Below are positions 26,642 to 32,000 of a DNA stretch of 32,000 bases, one piece after another; positions within the stretch are counted from its first letter, which is position 1; the number at the start of each line of letters is the position of its first letter. The notes under the pieces were generated by a model. It was not told the DNA's origin and searched no databases. It worked only from the letters and a program-made list of their open reading frames with translations. A program made the translations under genes and the position numbers. This stretch comes from Candidatus Nitrospira inopinata (lineage in GTDB: Bacteria > Nitrospirota > Nitrospiria > Nitrospirales > Nitrospiraceae). The stretch spans positions 750,001 through 782,000 of the forward strand of contig NZ_LN885086.1 in NCBI RefSeq assembly GCF_001458695.1. The letters run 5' to 3'.

Positions 26642-28192
26642 CTAGATGCTCGTCCCCGTGCGGGTGGCTTCCACGAACTGCTCGCTGGACTCATCCAATG
26701 CCCGCCCTTTGCGGCCTTTGGCGGGAAGGATGAACAACTGCCTGGCATCGATGGTCTTGGCTTCTTGCGGAGCCGAGGGAAGCTTCATCTCGTAGGTGAC
26801 GGGACGTTGATGATCGGCGATCTGTAACTTGGGGTTGTAGACGCTGTTGAACTTCCAGAGCATCTTGATGAAGTTCGTTTGCCCGCGCATGAGATGGCCC
26901 GCCGCGATCTTGGCCGTGCCCTTGAGGGCGGCCCAGCCCAAATGCTTCTTGTTCAAGACCTGCTGCGTCTTGACCAGCTCTTCATAGAACTCCGGCAGTG
27001 GAAGCTTGGTCGGCAGCACGGCATGCTGAATGTCGAACAGGCGGTAATCTCTCGTTTGGAACTTGCGCGATTCGGTGTGCCAGCTTTCGGTGCCGGGGTA
27101 GGGCGTGTTCACGCTGATGTTCACGATTTCCGGAATCTCCAGGCACCATTGCCGGATGACCTCAAACCGCCGGCGATCCCAGTCCGGATCGGCGATCAAG
27201 TTGATGGCCACGGTGATGCCGAGCGAGCGGGCGAACTCCAACGCCTCGAAGTTCCGCCCGAGTGAGATGCGCTTGCGGTGCATCTTGAGGCCCTCTTCAT
27301 CGATGGCCTCCACGCCCAAAAACATGTACTGGAGCCCGATCTTCTTCCAAAATTGAAAGACTTCCTTGTTTCGCAGCAGCACGTCGCCGCGCGTTTCCAT
27401 GTAGTACTGTTTCTTGATGCCGCGCCGCGCCACGGCTTCGCCGATCTCCATCCCCTGTTTGGCCTGGATAAAGGCCACGTCGTCGACCAGGAAGATGCCA
27501 GGTTCCTGCACCTGCTCCAGTTCCTCGACCGCTTTCTCGGTGCTGACCATTCGATAGCTGCGACCGTAAAACGTCCACGCGCTGCAAAAGGAACAGTCCC
27601 ATGGACATCCCCTGGCAAATTCGATGGACGCGCAGGGGTCCAGCACCCCGATGAAATACTTGCGCCGGTTTCTGAGCAGATCCCTCGCCGGGCGCACGTC
27701 GTCGAGATTTTCAATAAACTGCGCGGGCGGCCCTTCCCCGTCGAGCGTGACAACACCGGGAATCTTCGTGATCGCCTTGCGGTCGTTCGCGACGGCTTCC
27801 AGAAGCTTGGGAGCCGAGGCCTCCCCTTCGCCTTTGAGCACGCAATCGAGCGCCCCATTGGCATGTTCCAAAAACTCCCGGGCCACGAACGAAGCACTGT
27901 GCCCGCCGACGAAGACGAACGCGTTCGGCAGAATGGTCTTCGTCAACTTCGCCAGATCCACCACCTCGGGCACGTTCGCCAGGTAATTGCACCCAAAGGC
28001 CACAACGTCCGGCTTCCAGGACCGGATCAACGCCTCATAGTCCTTCCAAGTATCCGCTTGCAGATCGATCAACCGGACCTCATGGCCCGCCTGCCGAACC
28101 GCCTGAGCGACCATTTCGAGGCCGAGCGGCTCCAGCCGGAGATAGATTTTCGTGTACATCAATGGACCGGGATGAACCGCGAGGAACTTCAT
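26642..28192 (-). CDS. cobalamin-binding-domain radical SAM enzyme (class B)
   Basis: N-terminal Rossmann-like B12-type segment (MKFLAVHPGPLMYTKIYLRLEPLGLEMVAQAVRQAGHEVRLIDLQ...VVAFGCNYL...VFVGGHSASF). Radical SAM cluster motif ARGCPWDCSFCSAW (CxxxCxxC). GAGGAGGG Shine-Dalgarno is present. Confidence 0.9.
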   Translation of the reverse strand: MKFLAVHPGPLMYTKIYLRLEPLGLEMVAQAVRQAGHEVRLIDLQADTWKDYEALIRSWKPDVVAFGCNYLANVPEVVDLAKLTKTILPNAFVFVGGHSASFVAREFLEHANGALDCVLKGEGEASAPKLLEAVANDRKAITKIPGVVTLDGEGPPAQFIENLDDVRPARDLLRNRRKYFIGVLDPCASIEFARGCPWDCSFCSAWTFYGRSYRMVSTEKAVEELEQVQEPGIFLVDDVAFIQAKQGMEIGEAVARRGIKKQYYMETRGDVLLRNKEVFQFWKKIGLQYMFLGVEAIDEEGLKMHRKRISLGRNFEALEFARSLGITVAINLIADPDWDRRRFEVIRQWCLEIPEIVNISVNTPYPGTESWHTESRKFQTRDYRLFDIQHAVLPTKLPLPEFYEELVKTQQVLNKKHLGWAALKGTAKIAAGHLMRGQTNFIKMLWKFNSVYNPKLQIADHQRPVTYEMKLPSAPQEAKTIDARQLFILPAKGRKGRALDESSEQFVEATRTGTSI

Positions 28193-28313
28193 ACCCTCAA
28201 CCCTCCTCGTCTGCGCAACGTGCGGCCTGAATCCACCATCATCAGGATGGACGGATCACGATGCCGGGCCGGTCGGCCGGATGAATCTGGCGAAACACCT
28301 GACGCGGCGGGGC

Positions 28314-28342
28314 ATTGTGACAGAACGACCGGGTAGGTTCAA
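28314..28342 (-). promoter_or_regulatory. sigma70-type promoter for the radical SAM gene
   Basis: Minus strand reads TTGAAC (28342-28337), a 17-nt spacer ending in TGT, then CACAAT (28319-28314), about 120 nt upstream of the ATG. Confidence 0.45.
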
Positions 28343-28421
28343 GGCGGAACCGCCTCTGAAACCGGCGAGGCGGCAGGGGCACGGTGCAAACTGCTCGAAG
28401 CCAAAGTTGTCCTTTTGCCTT

Positions 28422-29153
28422 TTACGACTCCGGCGCCAACACCTCTTTATACATGACCGCCAGGTCCCGGAGCGCGCGGGCGCCGTCGCCGACGAAGACG
28501 GACCCGTGCATGGTCGCCAGCATCTTCGGCTGCAACTCGGCCAATCGTCGGAGGGTCGGGGCCATGAGCGTCGAATAGGGCAGATAGTTCGCCAACGGCC
28601 CCCGCTGATACTCCATGAGCACCTGCCGGCACCGACCTAGCACGTCAGACTGCGTCACCGCCTCCACATCGCCGTTCTGATGGAAGAGATCCGAGCACAA
28701 CAGTGTCCGCTGGGTTTCTTCGAAGAGCAGTCCCGCCTCCCAACAATGCGGGACATGGGGCGTGTGCAAAAACCGGAATCGATACGCGCCGGTGTTGAGC
28801 ACATCGCCGTCTCTCATCCCAAGCGCTGGACGCAGGGCCATGCAGTCATCAACGCTTACCAGCTTGCCGACCAGACTGCAAACCGCCGTCGACTGAGGCG
28901 CCACTTGCTGCCACTCGGGCAAACTGCCGCATTCGTCCGCTTCGAAGTGGCTGAACCCGATCCATCGGATCGTCGCGGGATCCAGCACCGTGGCCACGGC
29001 GTCCCGCACTGAGGCGAACATCGCACGGGGGCCCGTGTGAAAGAGCAGCGGCTCTTCATCACGCACCAGAAACTGATTGAATTGCAAATCGATGTCCGGC
29101 ACGTAAATCGAAATGCGGAACAGGTCCGGCACAATCTCCGAAATAACGGGCAT
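28422..29153 (-). CDS. stand-alone MBL-fold protein with diiron-type ligands (flavodiiron N-domain / ODP-like)
   Basis: 243 aa. [13 protein letters not shown] gives H-x-E-x-D-E where classical MBLs have HxHxDH and flavodiiron proteins have HxExDH. Downstream candidate ligands are [15 protein letters not shown] and [13 protein letters not shown] Shine-Dalgarno lies 6 nt upstream. Confidence 0.7.
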   Translation of the reverse strand: MPVISEIVPDLFRISIYVPDIDLQFNQFLVRDEEPLLFHTGPRAMFASVRDAVATVLDPATIRWIGFSHFEADECGSLPEWQQVAPQSTAVCSLVGKLVSVDDCMALRPALGMRDGDVLNTGAYRFRFLHTPHVPHCWEAGLLFEETQRTLLCSDLFHQNGDVEAVTQSDVLGRCRQVLMEYQRGPLANYLPYSTLMAPTLRRLAELQPKMLATMHGSVFVGDGARALRDLAVMYKEVLAPES

Positions 29154-29182
29154 GGCGACCTCCGGAGAATACAGACGCCCGT

Positions 29183-29211
29183 AGGCTACAGGCAGAGGGG
29201 AAGCCTGTCAA
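29183..29211 (-). promoter_or_regulatory. sigma70-type promoter for the MBL-fold gene
   Basis: Minus strand reads TTGACA (29211-29206), a 17-nt spacer, then TAGCCT (29188-29183), about 30 nt upstream of the ATG. Confidence 0.5.
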
Positions 29212-29306
29212 CGAGGGCGAGTTCAACGGAGAATGGAACCGTTTCTGCGCGGCCGGGATAACACAAGACACTGCCTAGGCAGAAGCCCCCAAAAAGCCGG
29301 GCCTCC

Positions 29307-29774
29307 TCAAGTGTGATTCAGGGTATGACGCTTCAACTGGACGACGAGGTAGAGCACGATGAGGAGATTCAGCAGCAGCACGCCGACTCTGAGGATTGAG
29401 ACCCTTTCGATCACTTCATACACCTCAAACGGAACGAGCAGACTCGTCGAGACCACCGTCAGATACGCAGCCCAGGACCGTTCAAACCAGAGCCCGATTC
29501 CTTCCACCAAGAACAGGCCCGCATAGCCCAGACTGACAAGGCTTGCGACGAGCACGCTGTGGGGTTGGAGAGCATCTATCCGCAGCACCAGCGCGTGGAT
29601 GATCCGCGAGTCGGCGTTCAGGTGCAGCGCCTCGATCAGCCGGGAGAACAACGTTGCCAGATCCGCGTGCATCAATTCGAGCAGGCCCAACCCGACCATG
29701 AGCAACAACAGGCCTTTCACGACCTTGAACAGGGCGATCACGGCGAGGCCGGTCTGATGAGAGTGCGCCGTCAT
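29307..29774 (-). CDS. DUF2127 family membrane protein
   Basis: 155 aa with four hydrophobic segments. GLAVIALFKVVKGLLLLMVGLGLLEL...GYAGLFLVEGIGLWFERSWAAYLTVVSTSLLVPFEVYEV...LLLNLLIVLYLV matches the DUF2127 pattern as I recall it. Confidence 0.75.
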   Translation of the reverse strand: MTAHSHQTGLAVIALFKVVKGLLLLMVGLGLLELMHADLATLFSRLIEALHLNADSRIIHALVLRIDALQPHSVLVASLVSLGYAGLFLVEGIGLWFERSWAAYLTVVSTSLLVPFEVYEVIERVSILRVGVLLLNLLIVLYLVVQLKRHTLNHT

Positions 29775-30399
29775 AGAGTGAAAAGACTATCACACCGACT
29801 AAGAAAGCAGACACGGTGGGAGGGCCCGTTCGACTTATGGAGAGCGCTGAGCAAACCGGCTCTGAGAAGGCTTATAAATCCCGCACATGTAGCCGAGGGT
29901 CATCAACGTTTGGATGCTGGTGGATGCTGGTTCAGCTCGTCCTTTCTCTGTCTTTTCTCTTGCCGACAGCCTGCTAGGGGAGACAGCGATAGACGACCTG
30001 CCATTTCGAACGTCGCGCTTCAAAACCGACATCACACCAATAGCACCAATAGGCGCTCTCCAACTCGGAGATGACACGACCGCTTGGCGCCTTACAACGT
30101 TGCCGATTGAAGCAGAAACAGATCGGGTGGAGGCATCTGATCCGCGTGAGGGTGGAATATCCGTCAGAGGCGACCAATCAGACAGGGGCACTTTGTTGAA
30201 GGCATCTCAATCTTCTGGCATCCAGCCCACAACTGGCCCCATTCCATGATGACGGGCTCGCACGCCGAGCGCGATGCGCGAGTGCTCCGCACAGTCGATC
30301 TTTGTATTCGTTTAGCATCGAATTGGCGTGAGGCACGGGCTTCAAGATCACCGCCAGGTACGGCGATCTTGCTCCTGATGGGGGCATAGGCATTGCTGA

Positions 30400-30702
30400 T
30401 CACCGCCGGTTCTGTTCCCACGCCCGGAAGGCCACGAGGTCTTGAGCCAGGCTTTGGAGCACCAGCGCCAGCATAGCTAGATCGTCGATCACACCGACGC
30501 CGGGTATGAAATCCGGCACGAGATCCACCGGACTCAGCAGATAGAGCAGGGCGCCCGCCACGATCATGAGGGTGCGGACGGACAGGCCCGGATACCGACC
30601 CTGTTTCCAAGCCCGGAACAGGCGCACCAGCAAGGGAAGGTCATACCAAAAACGGCCGATCATCCGCAGCATCGCAACGAATCTGGTGGAGATCCCCATC
30701 AT
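30400..30702 (-). CDS. DUF1232 (YkvA-like) membrane protein
   Basis: 100 aa. AGALLYLLSPVDLVPDFIPGVGVIDDLAMLALVL is the signature DUF1232 segment. Confidence 0.75.
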   Translation of the reverse strand: MMGISTRFVAMLRMIGRFWYDLPLLVRLFRAWKQGRYPGLSVRTLMIVAGALLYLLSPVDLVPDFIPGVGVIDDLAMLALVLQSLAQDLVAFRAWEQNRR

Positions 30703-30866
30703 CTACCTCCGGACATCCGCCTCTGGGATGGCGAGTTGAAAGATCCTTGTGGAGGCGTTGTGTCGACGCGTTGACTAGCCTACCAAAGGCGATGGCATTT
30801 GAAAAGTGGCCGCATAGGTGCCGATGAGCGGATCTTCGCCCTCTATTTCTGTTACGCTCCTCTCCC

Positions 30867-31820
30867 ATGTTTTCACCCGCATCCTCGCCCCTCTCGCTGT
30901 TTCTCCTTCTCTTCGTCACCGGCGCGGGACTGCGCCTGTTCGGCCTGTTGGGAAAACGCCACGCGGAGCGGTTGGGAACGTTCGTCTTTTCCATCACCCT
31001 GCCGGCCACGATTCTCGTCTCACTGGACCAGGTGACGTTCTCTCCCACGGCTTGGAAACTCCCGCTTGCCGCCTGGCTCGTGACGGTGCCGCTCGCGTCC
31101 ATCGCCTGGCTCCTGGCCCGTTTCCTGGCTCTTGAACGACCGACACAGGGAGGCTTTGCCTTGGCGGTCGGTTCGATCAATTCGATCTACTTTGCGTTTC
31201 CCGTCATGCTGGCCACATTCGGTGAAGAGGGCCTGGCGCGGGCGATCCTGTTTGATCTCGGCCAGACGACGCTCACGCTCACGGTGCTCTATCCGATGGC
31301 GCTCCGGCACGGGCCGATGACGCTCCGGCACGGGACCGGCGGCGCATCCTCCATCCAGACGTTGAGACGCCTTGTCGCCTCCCCGCCGTTGTGGGCGTTG
31401 ACCGCGATCGTGTCCATGAAAGTCAGCGGGCTCCATCTGCCGGACGGACTGCGGTCGATCCTGACGCCCGTTCACTGGCTGACGATTCCGCTGGCAAGCC
31501 TGGTGCTCGGCCTCTCGATCAGCATCCATGCCCTGAGAAAGACCTGGCCGCTCACAAGCCTGGGCGTGGCCTTGCGCATGGGCGGAGGGCTGTTGATCGG
31601 CTGGGCGGTCGCGGCACTGTTGGGACTGACGGGATTGGAACGGGCGTCGGTGCTGCTGATCGCCGGGATGCCTTCGGCGGTGATGGCGGTGATCTTCGCC
31701 ACGGAAGCCGGACTCGACGAAGATCTGGTCGCCTCGATCGTGGCCTTGTCGATCTGTCTCGGCGTGGCCCTGCTACCCTGGTTGCCGACTCTCGCCCGGA
31801 TGCTCGTGGGTTCGGCTTAA
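30867..31820 (+). CDS. AEC (auxin efflux carrier) family permease
   Basis: 317 aa with about 10 hydrophobic segments in two halves separated by a central loop. LGTFVFSITLPATIL and LLIAGMPSAVMAVIFA are typical of this family. Confidence 0.85.
   Translation: MFSPASSPLSLFLLLFVTGAGLRLFGLLGKRHAERLGTFVFSITLPATILVSLDQVTFSPTAWKLPLAAWLVTVPLASIAWLLARFLALERPTQGGFALAVGSINSIYFAFPVMLATFGEEGLARAILFDLGQTTLTLTVLYPMALRHGPMTLRHGTGGASSIQTLRRLVASPPLWALTAIVSMKVSGLHLPDGLRSILTPVHWLTIPLASLVLGLSISIHALRKTWPLTSLGVALRMGGGLLIGWAVAALLGLTGLERASVLLIAGMPSAVMAVIFATEAGLDEDLVASIVALSICLGVALLPWLPTLARMLVGSA
31295..31336 (+). repeat. in-frame 21-bp tandem duplication inside the AEC permease gene
   Basis: GATGGCGCTCCGGCACGGGCC is followed by GATGACGCTCCGGCACGGGAC; 19 of 21 positions are identical. 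The pair encodes MALRHGP-MTLRHGT in the central loop. Confidence 0.7.
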
Positions 31821-31895
31821 CGACCGGCTCCAGCCGCAGTTGGGACAGCCTGTTCCCCCGTGGTATTTGCATCCCCGCTCACGTACCATGCGCCC

Positions 31896-32000
31896 ATGCT
31901 GCTCCCTGAACGGCTGCCTCCCGAGCGCACCGTGCGCCGGCGCATCATCGAACTGCTGGCCGATACCCGCCTGTCGTCCTATCAACTTGCCCAGCGGCTC
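31896..32000 (+). CDS. possible winged-helix/HTH regulator, N-terminal fragment only
   Basis: Frame is open to the window edge: MLLPERLPPERTVRRRIIELLADTRLSSYQLAQRL, which resembles the start of small ArsR-like or HTH-plus-zinc-ribbon regulators. Only 35 codons are visible and there is no clear Shine-Dalgarno. Confidence 0.35.
   Translation, partial: MLLPERLPPERTVRRRIIELLADTRLSSYQLAQRL

Noticed and set aside
28193-28421. Possible cobalamin riboswitch, or small precursor ORFs (19-aa MPRRVRCFARFIRPTGPAS and 17-aa MMVDSGRTLRRRGGLRV), in the radical SAM leader.
   Set aside because: No B12-box-like core was recognisable. The first small ORF's ATG overlaps the predicted -10 element, the second overlaps the radical SAM start, and neither has a Shine-Dalgarno.
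29974-30393. Two minus-strand ORFs in one frame separated by a single TGA (30178-30180), which could be a selenoprotein or a nonsense-mutated gene.
   Set aside because: The combined 139-residue translation is Arg/Cys/Ala-rich with no recognisable family or start signal, and it looks like off-frame GC-rich sequence. I could not identify a SECIS-like hairpin directly after the TGA. It is kept only as a note in the ORF-poor-gap finding.

Overview
GC-rich bacterial chromosomal window, probably from a diderm (lipoboxes, exported proteins). The taxon cannot be set without a database search. I saw no rRNA, tRNA, CRISPR array, transposase, integrase or phage gene.

Layout:
- Left third (1-9904, minus strand): a canonical translation and RNA-processing superoperon, rimP-nusA-infB-DUF503-rbfA-truB-rpsO-pnp-M16 peptidase. 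An intrinsic terminator at 9949-9978 closes the preceding operon just upstream of it.
- 10026-12217 (minus): a four-gene operon of DUF192, a small Rieske protein, a divergent chagasin-like small protein and a class IV aminotransferase.
- 12308-15574: a YfhL-type ferredoxin, an amicyanin-like cupredoxin, a lipoprotein, a CBS-pair protein and a MEKHLA-domain protein.
- 15727-17838 (plus): leuCD.
- 17933-29774 (minus): a long run of lipoprotein, class I/II aminotransferase, exported MsrA, TIGR00725/LOG-like protein, exported TPR protein, disordered coiled-coil protein, PmbA, TldD, cobalamin-type radical SAM enzyme, stand-alone diiron MBL-fold protein and DUF2127.
- 29775-30399: an ORF-poor gap of about 625 bp.
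- 30400-32000: DUF1232, an AEC-family transporter and the start of an HTH protein.

Many ORF-track starts are over-extended, and I give corrected starts supported by Shine-Dalgarno motifs or neighbouring signals.

I found no clearly novel multi-gene system. The best candidates for follow-up:
1. The diiron-MBL / B12-radical-SAM / TldD-PmbA neighbourhood, although each unit appears to have its own promoter and no precursor peptide is visible.
2. A cupredoxin whose axial Met position is occupied by His.
3. A long strand-specific hairpin in the pnp leader.
4. Tandem operator-like repeats in the ferredoxin leader.
5. The ORF-poor gap.

All family assignments come from motif recognition by eye and need HMM or BLAST confirmation.
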